Source of the DNA: an uncultured Planctomycetia bacterium
GTDB lineage: Bacteria; Omnitrophota; Gorgyraeia; 1-14-0-20-64-10
DNA length: 59,509 nt
NCBI GenBank assembly: GCA_964603095.1
Contig: CAZRTR010000003.1
Location: 1-59,509, forward strand
Direction: 5' to 3'
The translations under genes and the position numbers were made by a program. The notes under the pieces were generated by a model. The model was not told the origin of the DNA and did no database searches. It was given only the letters and a program-made list of their open reading frames with translations. How positions within the stretch are numbered: the stretch's first letter is position 1; every line of letters begins with the position of its first letter. Below are positions 8,814 to 16,972 of the stretch, piece after piece.

Positions 8814-9596
8814 TCAATATCGTTCGATTTGGGTGAGGAGGATGAGGCTCAAGTAGTCGCTCGCCGCGATGGCGCGCAGGGCCGCCTTGCGGCGGCGCCA
8901 GAAAGCGCAGCGGCTGATTCCTGCGGCGGAGAAGGCCGCCTCCTCCTTGTAGAAGTTGAAGTAATACAGCTCCACCACCTCCCGCTGCGGGCGCCGCAGT
9001 TGAGCCACCACCCGGTTGACCCTCTCGTGATGGTAAGGGTTGAGGAACTGGTACGGCACACAGCGCAGGTAGGAGTAGGGGGTCAGCCGCCGCTGACGGG
9101 GATCGGCCGGCTCAAGGAGCGCCCGGTAGGACCGCAGGATCATCCACCAAAAATGGTTCTCGACGTACTCCTTGAAGTCGGTGGGAAACAGAGACTCCAG
9201 GTAGCTGATCAGCAGATCCTTGAAGCAGCGGTGGGTGAGGGAATGGAAATCGTTCTCGCTGAAGACCCGGTAGTCGCCCCGGCAGTACCGCTTCTCATCC
9301 GGAGTTCGGGCCAGGAACCGGCAGCCCTGGGTGGAGAGGAGGTACTCCCAGCAGCTGAGGGCCCAGCGGATCGCCGGCTGGAACTCGGCCACCAGCTCCC
9401 CGTACGCCTTTCCCAGTCCGGGGCCGTCGCCTGCCCTGAGCGCTTGGCTCGCCCGCTGGACGATCTCCCTCACCGGGGCCTTGCCCCGGGCCAGGGGAGG
9501 GAGGGCCGGCCGCTGGAAGACCCGCGGCATGGAGATGTCCGCCGGCGGCTGCTCCTCTTCGATCGTCCACAAGATCGAATCGATCGGTCGAAACAT
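8814..9596 (-). CDS. hypothetical protein with C-terminal sigma-70 region-4-like HTH
   Basis: 260-aa ORF. PQREVVELYYFNFYKEEAAFSAAGISRCAFWRRRKAALRAIA resembles sigma region 4. The N-terminal part is not recognisable. Confidence 0.55.
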   Translation of the reverse strand: MFRPIDSILWTIEEEQPPADISMPRVFQRPALPPLARGKAPVREIVQRASQALRAGDGPGLGKAYGELVAEFQPAIRWALSCWEYLLSTQGCRFLARTPDEKRYCRGDYRVFSENDFHSLTHRCFKDLLISYLESLFPTDFKEYVENHFWWMILRSYRALLEPADPRQRRLTPYSYLRCVPYQFLNPYHHERVNRVVAQLRRPQREVVELYYFNFYKEEAAFSAAGISRCAFWRRRKAALRAIAASDYLSLILLTQIERY

Positions 9597-9670
9597 TCGA
9601 GTCCCTTCACGGAATATACCACATATTTCGCGACGTTGACAGGGCGTGGGGCATTCGATAGCATAGGGGC

Positions 9671-10522
9671 ATGCCCACCTCGGAGTCGAGCTTCAAAGCT
9701 CTCATCCATCTGCTGGCCGATGACCACGCGGAGATTGTCGAGGCGGCCCGCGCCAAGCTGGTGGAGCTGACGCCCGAGGCGATCCCGTTTCTCGAGGAGG
9801 CCGCCTCCAAGGATCCGGATCCCAAGGTCCGGGTGGAGGCCAAGGGGGTTCTGGAGCGGATCCGGCTGGCCGGGATTTGCCTGGAGTGGGATCGGATCTC
9901 CAAGCTGCCGGACGACCGGATCGATCTGGAGTCGGCCGCCTTCCTCCTGGCCAAGGTCCGAACCCCGGATCTGGACCCGGTCCCTTACCTGCGCCAGTTG
10001 GATCAGTTGGCCGACCGGATCCGGCCCGGTTTGAAGTCGGGGGCCCTCCCGATCGACCAACTGACGGTGATGAACCGGTTCCTCTTCCAGCAGGAGAAGT
10101 TCCGGGGGAACTGGGCCAACTACTTCGATCCGGAGAACAGCTACCTCAATCGGGTGCTGGACCGGAAGCTGGGGATCCCGATCTCGCTGTCGGTTCTGTA
10201 TCTGCTGGTGGCCCGGCGGCTGAGCATGCCCTTGCAGGGGGTCGGGATTCCGGGGCATTTCATGGTGAAGTACCGGGATGAGCGGACCGAGCTGTACGTC
10301 GATGTCTTTAATGGGGGGCGGTTCCTCACCCGGCCGGAGTGCGTCCAGTTCATCGTGGAGGCCGGCTACCCTTATCAGACGGAGTTTCTCGAAGGGGTCA
10401 GCCCCCGGGAGATCCTGGCCCGGATGCTCCGGAATCTGATCCTGATCTACGTCGATCGGCACGAGCAGACGCTGGAGCGAACGCTGACCCAGTTCCTGGA
10501 CGCTCTTTACCCGACCTCCTGA
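9671..10522 (+). CDS. SirB1/transglutaminase-like family protein with N-terminal HEAT-like repeats
   Basis: GIPISLSVLYLLVARRLSMPLQGVGIPGHFMVKY is typical of the UPF0162/SirB1 transglutaminase-like core. Confidence 0.65.
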   Translation: MPTSESSFKALIHLLADDHAEIVEAARAKLVELTPEAIPFLEEAASKDPDPKVRVEAKGVLERIRLAGICLEWDRISKLPDDRIDLESAAFLLAKVRTPDLDPVPYLRQLDQLADRIRPGLKSGALPIDQLTVMNRFLFQQEKFRGNWANYFDPENSYLNRVLDRKLGIPISLSVLYLLVARRLSMPLQGVGIPGHFMVKYRDERTELYVDVFNGGRFLTRPECVQFIVEAGYPYQTEFLEGVSPREILARMLRNLILIYVDRHEQTLERTLTQFLDALYPTS

Positions 10523-10528
10523 AATCCG

Positions 10529-11359
10529 ATGGATATCCGAATCGGCCACAGTCCGGATCCGGACGACGCCTTCCTCTTCTACGCGCTGACCCAGGGGAAA
10601 CTGGACTGCCCGGGGATGACGATCAGCCACCTGCTGGAGGGGATCGAGCAGCTCAACCAGCGGGCCCTCTCCGGAGAGCTGGAGATGACCGCGATTTCGC
10701 TGGCCGCCTACCCGTACTGCGCCGACCGATACCTCCTGCTTCCGACGGGGGCGAGCGTGGGGGAAGGTTACGGCCCGATCCTCGTGGCCCGGGAGCCGCT
10801 CGATTTGAAGGCACTCTCTCAGATCACCGTGGCGGTGCCGGGGCGGTTCACCACGGCGGCGTTGTTGCTTCGTCTCGCGGTCGGTCCGGTGCAGACGCAG
10901 ATCGTCCCGTTCGACCAGATCCTCCCCGCCGTGAAGGAGGGGCGGATTCCAGCCGGGGTTCTGATCCATGAAGGCCAACTGACCTACGCCGAGTGGGGCT
11001 TGAAGAAGATCCTGGACTTAGGGGAATGGTGGAAAGAGAGGACGGGGCTGCCTGTTCCGCTCGGGGTCAACGTGGTCCGGCGGGACCTGGGCCCCGACCT
11101 GATCCGGCGATTGGCCGGTTGCTTCAAGGATTCGCTCGATTACGCCTTCGCCCATCGGCCCGAGGCGCTGGCCTACGCGGGGGGCTTCGGCCGGGGGTTG
11201 GACCCGGCCCGCACCGACCGGTTCGTCGGGATGTACGTCAACCGGTGGAGCGTCGAGTGTCGGCCGGAGGGAGCGGCCGCCATGCAGCGGCTGCTCGATT
11301 GGGCCGCCGAGGAACAGCTGACTCCCCGCCCTGTTTCCATCCAGTTCGTCGAGTCCTAA
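10529..11359 (+). CDS. mqnD: 1,4-dihydroxy-6-naphthoate synthase-like protein (futalosine menaquinone pathway, MqnA/MqnD family)
   Basis: Motifs IGHSPDPDDAFLFYAL, VAVPGRFTTAALLLRL, IHEGQLTY, DLGEWWKERTGLPVPLG and MYVN match my recollection of MqnD-type proteins. Confidence 0.65.
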   Translation: MDIRIGHSPDPDDAFLFYALTQGKLDCPGMTISHLLEGIEQLNQRALSGELEMTAISLAAYPYCADRYLLLPTGASVGEGYGPILVAREPLDLKALSQITVAVPGRFTTAALLLRLAVGPVQTQIVPFDQILPAVKEGRIPAGVLIHEGQLTYAEWGLKKILDLGEWWKERTGLPVPLGVNVVRRDLGPDLIRRLAGCFKDSLDYAFAHRPEALAYAGGFGRGLDPARTDRFVGMYVNRWSVECRPEGAAAMQRLLDWAAEEQLTPRPVSIQFVES

Positions 11360-11368
11360 GGGCTCGGC

Positions 11369-12103
11369 ATGAATCTGAAGGGGAAGGTGGCGCTGGTGAC
11401 CGGTGGGGCCAAGCGGGTCGGGAAGGCGATCGCCCTGGGACTGGCCGCCCGGGGCTGCCACGTGGCGATCACCTACAACACCTCCGAGCGTCAAGCCCTC
11501 CAGACGGTGCGCGAGATCCGGAACAGGAAGGTGAAGGGGATCCCGGTTGCCGTGGATCAACGGGATGAATCCCAGGTCCGGCAGGCGGTCAAGGAGGTCC
11601 TCTCCACCTTCGGGCGGATCGACGTTCTGATCAACAACGCCTCCTCTTTTTACCCGACCCCGTGGGATCGGGTGACCGAGAGCCAGTGGGAGGATCTTCT
11701 GGCGAGCAACCTGACCGGCCCCTGGCGATTCTGTCAGCAGGTGGGGATGATCATGAAGCGGCGTCGGGCCGGCAAGATCATCAATATCGCCGATGTCTCG
11801 GTGGACTCTCCCTGGACGAACTACCTCCCTTATTGCGTGGCCAAGGGGGGCCTGGTGACCTTAACCCGGGGGTTGGCCAAGGCGCTGGCCCCGGAGGTTC
11901 AGGTCAACGGGATCGCTCCCGGGCCGATCCTGTTTCCGCCGGGGATCTCTTCGCGGGAGAAGGAACGCTCGGTCCGCAGGACCCTGCTGAAAAGGGCCGG
12001 ATCCCCCCGGGACATCCTGGCGGCGGCCCTCTTCTTCCTGGAGGGGTCCGATTTCGTGACGGGGGTGATCCTGCCGGTGGATGGGGGGCGGCTCCTTGCC
12101 TGA
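11369..12103 (+). CDS. SDR-family oxidoreductase (pteridine reductase-like)
   Basis: Contains the Rossmann motif VTGGAKRVGKAI and the YCVAK catalytic motif. Confidence 0.75.
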   Translation: MNLKGKVALVTGGAKRVGKAIALGLAARGCHVAITYNTSERQALQTVREIRNRKVKGIPVAVDQRDESQVRQAVKEVLSTFGRIDVLINNASSFYPTPWDRVTESQWEDLLASNLTGPWRFCQQVGMIMKRRRAGKIINIADVSVDSPWTNYLPYCVAKGGLVTLTRGLAKALAPEVQVNGIAPGPILFPPGISSREKERSVRRTLLKRAGSPRDILAAALFFLEGSDFVTGVILPVDGGRLLA

Positions 12104-12512
12104 TCAATTTCTGGACGTGGCGGTGGCGGTGATCGAGCGACAGGGCCTGTATCTGATCACCCAGCGGATGCCGCAAGATTCTTTCGGGGGATCGTGGGAG
12201 TTCCCCGGCGGAAAGGCGAATCCCGGCGAAGGGATGGAGGAATGCCTGATCCGTGAGATCCGGGAGGAGCTGGGGCTCTCGATTGCCGTGAACGTCAAGC
12301 TGGCCGAGGTGGAGCACCATTACCCTCACCGATCGATCCGCCTGCACTGTTATCGGTGCCGGATCCTGGAGGGGGAGCCGCAGACGATTGAATGCGCCGC
12401 CTGGCGCTGGGTGGTCCCGGAGGAGCTGAGCCAATTCCAGTTTCCACCCGCCAGCAGCCCCCTCATCGCCCAACTTCAGAAGTTCGGTCATGGTGAGCCT
12501 GTCGAACCATGA
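12081..12512 (+). CDS. NUDIX hydrolase (MutT-like)
   Basis: Nudix box GGKANPGEGMEECLIREIREELG. The last residues (GHGEPVEP) are encoded by a family C repeat. Confidence 0.75.
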   Translation: MGGGSLPDQFLDVAVAVIERQGLYLITQRMPQDSFGGSWEFPGGKANPGEGMEECLIREIREELGLSIAVNVKLAEVEHHYPHRSIRLHCYRCRILEGEPQTIECAAWRWVVPEELSQFQFPPASSPLIAQLQKFGHGEPVEP

Positions 12513-12547
12513 CCGTCCATCCTTCGACGGGCTCAGGATGAACGGAC
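12486..12547. repeat. hairpin repeat family C, two adjacent units
   Basis: First unit: ggtcatggt-gagcctgtcga-accatgacc. Second, imperfect hairpin has the loop ttcgacgggctca (reverse orientation of the same loop). Confidence 0.8.
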
Positions 12548-12614
12548 GCTGAACGAGCAAGCTCGCTATTTAGGCGTCGCGGTCGACGCGGCCCAAGAGG
12601 CGGGCCGGATCCTG

Positions 12615-13352
12615 ATGCGGCACCTGGGCCGGCTCAAGACAGGGGAGGTGGTCCGTAAGGGGAAATCGGACTGGGTCACCCGGATCGATCACGCTTCCGA
12701 GGATGCGATCATCCGTGTGTTGGCCAAGGCCTTTCCCAACCACTCGATGAAGGCGGAGGAATCCTCCCCTGAAGCCAAGGCGAGCCCCTATCAGTGGCTG
12801 ATCGATCCGCTGGACGGCACCGTCAACTACATCCACAGCTTCCCGTTTTTCGGCGTGTCGATCGCCCTCATGAAGGAAGGGGTTCTGGAGGTGGGGGCTG
12901 TCTACGACCCTTGCCGACAGGAGCTGTTCACCGCCCGGCGGGGCCGGGGGGCCTGGCTCAACGGCCGTCGCATTCGGGTTTCGCGCCACCCCGGTTTAAG
13001 GGAATCGCTGCTGGCCACCGGTTTCCCGTTCAGGGCCCGGGAGAATCTGGACCTTTATCTGAAGTCGTTCCGCCGGGTCTTCCTGGAAACCGGATCGATC
13101 CGCCGGGCCGGCTCCGCCGCCATCGACCTGGCCTACACCGCCTGCGGCCGGTTCGACGGCTTCTGGGAGATGGCCCTCTCCAGCTGGGACATGGCGGCCG
13201 GGGCTCTGCTGATTCAGGAAGCGGGCGGCAAGGTGAGCGACTTCTTAGGAAAACAAACCTACCTCGAAACGGGACACATCACCGCCGGGAATCCGGCGGT
13301 TCACCCCCGGTTGGTGAGGATCCTTCGGCCGATCTTCCGAGGGAAGATCTAA
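12615..13352 (+). CDS. suhB: inositol monophosphatase family protein (SuhB-like); N-terminus probably extends upstream
   Basis: Contains WLIDPLDGTVNY and WDMAAG motifs. The in-frame upstream stretch AVDAAQEAGRIL looks like a genuine N-terminal helix but has no ATG/GTG/TTG start; CTG 12549 is possible. Confidence 0.75.
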   Translation: MRHLGRLKTGEVVRKGKSDWVTRIDHASEDAIIRVLAKAFPNHSMKAEESSPEAKASPYQWLIDPLDGTVNYIHSFPFFGVSIALMKEGVLEVGAVYDPCRQELFTARRGRGAWLNGRRIRVSRHPGLRESLLATGFPFRARENLDLYLKSFRRVFLETGSIRRAGSAAIDLAYTACGRFDGFWEMALSSWDMAAGALLIQEAGGKVSDFLGKQTYLETGHITAGNPAVHPRLVRILRPIFRGKI

Positions 13353-13353
13353 T

Positions 13354-13380
13354 GGGGTCTGACCCCGCGGGGTCAGACCC
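13354..13380. terminator. palindromic repeat (GGGGTCTGACCCC x2) between convergent genes, likely bidirectional terminator
   Basis: The hairpin ggggtctgacccc-gc-ggggtcagaccc sits exactly between the stop codons of suhB and ORF 13380..13994. Confidence 0.5.
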
Positions 13381-13994
13381 TAAAGCTTCCCGACGGTGGC
13401 GGAGGCGCGGATGCTTGCCCAGATGGCCAAGCATCCCAGGAGGATCGCCATCCCCAGGGCCTGCGCGCTGATCGCCCCGTAATGAGAGGGGGCCAGCATC
13501 CCGAACAGCATCGGGCCGGAGAGGTAGGTGTTGATCCGGGAGGTCAGCAGGGCCTTCTTCCGCAGGGCCGGTGCCTGGTCGCCCGCCTTGCCGGTCAGTA
13601 GCTTTTTCTGGATCGGCCAGATCACGAACCAGACGTTGAACCACATGATCGTTCCCAGCAGCATCCCGAACAGGATCCACATCGCCCGCTGGGTGAGGTG
13701 TCCGGTTTCGATCAGAAGGGAAGTGGGGCCCAGCCCTGCGCCCGGGGTATAAAAATAGGTGAGGGTGAACAGGGTCAGCCCCGCCAGGAAAGTGATCATC
13801 GCTCCCCAGCGGAACCACCAGAGGGCCCGGGGCATCAGCTGCGGGTTCACCGCCTTCTTGGCGGCATCGTCCAGGGCTCCCTGCAGGGGGACGTTGACGA
13901 AATTGAAGAAGTACAGGTGTCCGATCCAGGTGATACCGGCGATCACATGCAACCATCGCACGACCAGGTGAAAGTTGCTGTACAGATCTGGCAT
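13380..13994 (-). CDS. integral membrane protein (resembles the membrane domain family of urate hydroxylase PuuD / COG3748)
   Basis: 204 aa with 4-5 hydrophobic helices and WLHVIAGITWIGHLYFFNF. The family assignment is from memory. Confidence 0.6.
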   Translation of the reverse strand: MPDLYSNFHLVVRWLHVIAGITWIGHLYFFNFVNVPLQGALDDAAKKAVNPQLMPRALWWFRWGAMITFLAGLTLFTLTYFYTPGAGLGPTSLLIETGHLTQRAMWILFGMLLGTIMWFNVWFVIWPIQKKLLTGKAGDQAPALRKKALLTSRINTYLSGPMLFGMLAPSHYGAISAQALGMAILLGCLAIWASIRASATVGKL

Positions 13995-14070
13995 CGCTTT
14001 CCTCCCTAAACAGGTTTGGCAAAGCTAAAACAAAACCCTTTCAGCGTGATACTATAACAGAATCTTTCAG

Positions 14071-15015
14071 ATGGAACAAGTTTACGATCTGATCATCATC
14101 GGAGGGGGGCCGGCCGGCGCGACCGCGGCCCTCTATGCCGCCCGGGCATCACTCAAAACCCTGGTGCTCGACAAGTCGTTGACCTCCGGCGCCCTCGGCG
14201 TGACCGCCAAGATCGCCAACTATCCCGGCGTCCCCGAGGTCCTGACCGGGGCGCAGTTGCTCAAGATCATGTGGGACCAGGCGGCCAGCTTCGGGGCGGA
14301 GATCAAAGCGGAGCAGGTCTTCACCGTCGATCTGTCCGGGGAGATCAAGAAGGTTTACACCGGAACGGGTGAATTCCAGGCCAAGAGTATCATCCTTTGC
14401 ACCGGGGCGATGGGGAGGAAGAACCGGGTTCCCGGGGAGGAGCCCCTCTGGGGCAAGGGGATCTCCAACTGCGGGACCTGCGACGCCGCCTTTTACAAAG
14501 ATCAGGAGGTGGCGGTGGTGGGGGACAACGAGGAGGCGCTGGAGGAGACGCTGTTCCTGACCCGGTACGTGAGCAAGGCCCACCTGGCGCTGCCATCGAA
14601 GAAGGTCAAGGCGAGCGAAGAGACGATTGCCCAGGTCAAGCAGAACCCCAAGGTCCGGTGGCTTTCGGAGTGGCGCTTGAAGTCGGTGGCGGGCAAAGAT
14701 CATCTGGAGTCGGTCACCTTCTTAAGCCCGGAGGGAGCTCAGACCCTGACGGTCAAGGGGCTGTTCATCTACCTTCAAGGGGGCCAGCCGATCACCGAGT
14801 TCCTGAAGGACAGCGGCGTCGAGATGGACCCGGCCGGATTCATCAAGGTCAACAAGGAGATGGCCACCAACTTGCCCGGGGTCTTCGCCTGCGGGGATGT
14901 CTTGGGCCATGAGGTGAAGCAGGCGGTGGTGGCGGCCGGGGAAGGGTGCATCGCCGCCCTGGCGGCCGACAAGTTCATCCACAAGCGGACCCGCGTCATC
15001 GCCGACTACAAATGA
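14071..15015 (+). CDS. thioredoxin reductase-like flavoprotein lacking the NADPH-binding motifs
   Basis: FAD motif GGGPAG and redox CGTCD are present. VVGDNEEALEE replaces GGGDxAxEE, and no HRRxxxR motif is present. Confidence 0.75.
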   Translation: MEQVYDLIIIGGGPAGATAALYAARASLKTLVLDKSLTSGALGVTAKIANYPGVPEVLTGAQLLKIMWDQAASFGAEIKAEQVFTVDLSGEIKKVYTGTGEFQAKSIILCTGAMGRKNRVPGEEPLWGKGISNCGTCDAAFYKDQEVAVVGDNEEALEETLFLTRYVSKAHLALPSKKVKASEETIAQVKQNPKVRWLSEWRLKSVAGKDHLESVTFLSPEGAQTLTVKGLFIYLQGGQPITEFLKDSGVEMDPAGFIKVNKEMATNLPGVFACGDVLGHEVKQAVVAAGEGCIAALAADKFIHKRTRVIADYK

Positions 15016-15053
15016 CCCCGCCCCTCCGGTTCCATGACCTCGCCCCAGCGCCA

Positions 15054-15104
15054 GGGACTGTCCCCGTCTTGTTACCAGCAGGTAGCTCCAAAGGGGACTG
15101 TCCC
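15054..15104. repeat. palindromic repeat family A, 2 units, intergenic
   Basis: Units gggactgtcccc (15054-15065) and ggggactgtccc (15093-15104) lie between the two trxB-like genes. Confidence 0.8.
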
Positions 15105-15226
15105 TTTTCAGTGGCCCACCCCCAGAAAGGGCGAGGTCACTCTGCCGAGCGGACGCTCGGCAGAGGCGCCGTCCAGGTTCTTCTTTATGCTGCGCCGAAC
15201 GACGGCGCAGGAACCGGAGGGGCGGG

Positions 15227-16162
15227 GTGAGCGTCGAGAATGTCGTCATCCTCGGCTCCGGCTGCGCCGGTTTGACGGCGGCGATCTACACCGCCCGGGC
15301 CGACTTGAAACCGCTTCTGGTCGAGGGTTCTTTGATGGGCGGGCAGCTGGCCATCACGACCGACGTGGAGAACTTTCCCGGATTCCCGGAGGGGATCCAG
15401 GGCCCGGAGCTGATGGAGCGGATGAAGAAGCAGGCCGAGCGCTTCGGCACCCGGTTCATCTCCGGCAGCGCCACGAAGGTGGATGTCCGGCAGCGCCCCT
15501 TTACCGTGGAGGTGGAGGATCAGGTTTTCAAGACCAAGGCCCTGATCGTGGCCACCGGCGCCTCGGCCAAGTTCCTGGGGTTGGAATCGGAGCAGGCCTT
15601 GATCGGCCACGGCGTCTCCGCCTGCGCTACCTGTGACGGCTTTTTCTTCAAAGGCAAAGAGGTAGTGGTGATCGGCGGCGGTGACACCGCCATGGAGGAG
15701 GCCACCTTCCTGACGAAGTTCGCCAACAAGGTGACGGTGGTCCACCGGCGGGAGGCCCTCCGGGCCTCCAAGATCATGCAGGAGCGGGCCAAGCAAAACC
15801 CGAAGATCCAATGGATTTTCAACTCGGAGGTAGTGGATGTCCGGGATCCGGCTATAAAAAAGGTCACCGGTGTCCGATTGAAGGATGTCAACGGCGGCAA
15901 GGAGACCGACCTCCCTTGTCAGGGGCTGTTCGTGGCGATCGGGCATGAGCCGAATACCGGGTTCCTCAAAGGGCAGGTGGAGTTGGACGAGAAGGGGTAT
16001 CTTATCTTAAAGAAGGGAACGCAGACGTCGGTGGAGGGGGTCTTCGGCTGCGGGGACATCCACGATGTCCGGTACAAGCAGGCGGTCTCCGCCGCCGGCT
16101 GGGGCTGCATGGCGGCGCTGGACTGCGAGCGGTACATTCAGGAACATGACGCATCCAACTGA
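15227..16162 (+). CDS. trxB: thioredoxin-disulfide reductase
   Basis: GTG start. Contains CATCDG, VIGGGDTAMEEA and VHRREALRAS motifs. Confidence 0.88.
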   Translation: MSVENVVILGSGCAGLTAAIYTARADLKPLLVEGSLMGGQLAITTDVENFPGFPEGIQGPELMERMKKQAERFGTRFISGSATKVDVRQRPFTVEVEDQVFKTKALIVATGASAKFLGLESEQALIGHGVSACATCDGFFFKGKEVVVIGGGDTAMEEATFLTKFANKVTVVHRREALRASKIMQERAKQNPKIQWIFNSEVVDVRDPAIKKVTGVRLKDVNGGKETDLPCQGLFVAIGHEPNTGFLKGQVELDEKGYLILKKGTQTSVEGVFGCGDIHDVRYKQAVSAAGWGCMAALDCERYIQEHDASN

Positions 16163-16919
16163 TTCCCTGTTCGATCTGACGGATAAGGTGGCCCTGGTGA
16201 CCGGGGCCTCCCGCGGTTTGGGCAAGGCGATGGCGGTGGCGCTGGCAAAGGCCGGATGCCATGTCGCGCTGAACGCCCGGGCGGCCGAGTCGCTCAAGGA
16301 GGTGTCCGAGGAGATCCAGCGGCTGGGCCGCCGGACCTTTCTCGCCGTGGGGGACGTGTCGGATGAGTCGCAGGTCGACTCGTTCGTCAAGGCGACCCAC
16401 CAGGAGTTCGGCCGGATCGACATCCTGGTGAACAACGCCGGGGTCTGGGAAGGAACTTACCTGGTCCGTTTGAAGAAGGAAGACTGGGACAAAGTGATTG
16501 AGACGAATCTGACCGGCGCCTTCCTCGTGGCCAAGGCGGTGGCCCGGATCATGCTGAAAGCCCGCTCCGGCAAGATCATCAACATCTCCTCCGTCTCCGG
16601 ATTTCGGGGCTCCCCCGAGTCGCTCGCCTACTGCGCGGCCAAGGCCGGGGTGATCCAGATGACCCGCGTCATGGCGATCGAGATGGGTCCGGCCGGCGTC
16701 CAGGTCAACGGCATCGCGCCGGGGCTGTTCGCCACCGACATGACGAAGGAGTACACCGAGGATCCGGAGGCGATGAAACAATACCTCCCCCGGATTCCTT
16801 CGCAGCGGTACGGGCAGCCGGAGGAGCTGGCCGGAACGGTCGTTTTCCTTTGCTCCAAGGCCTCGGACCACATCACCGGCCAGACGATCGTGATCGACGG
16901 CGGAGCGTCGCTCGTTTAA
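16146..16919 (+). CDS. SDR-family oxidoreductase (FabG/gluconate 5-dehydrogenase-like)
   Basis: Internal ATG of track ORF 16065. Contains VTGASRGLGKAM, NNAG and YCAAK. Confidence 0.8.
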   Translation: MTHPTDSLFDLTDKVALVTGASRGLGKAMAVALAKAGCHVALNARAAESLKEVSEEIQRLGRRTFLAVGDVSDESQVDSFVKATHQEFGRIDILVNNAGVWEGTYLVRLKKEDWDKVIETNLTGAFLVAKAVARIMLKARSGKIINISSVSGFRGSPESLAYCAAKAGVIQMTRVMAIEMGPAGVQVNGIAPGLFATDMTKEYTEDPEAMKQYLPRIPSQRYGQPEELAGTVVFLCSKASDHITGQTIVIDGGASLV

Positions 16920-16968
16920 GGTGTCTGACACCGTTTTGTCTGTTGAAAAGGTGTCTGACACCGTTTTT
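16918..16968. repeat. palindromic repeat family B (GGTGTCTGACACC), tandem 30-nt units
   Basis: aaggtgtctgacaccgtttt occurs twice, between the SDR stop and the glpK start. Confidence 0.85.
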
Positions 16969-16972
16969 AACA

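Noticed and set aside
9470-10978. 502-aa minus-strand ORF
   Set aside because: It is antisense to two well-supported plus-strand genes (SirB1-like, MqnD-like). The translation is an Arg/Pro/Gly/Leu-rich low-complexity string with no motifs, a typical GC-driven shadow ORF.
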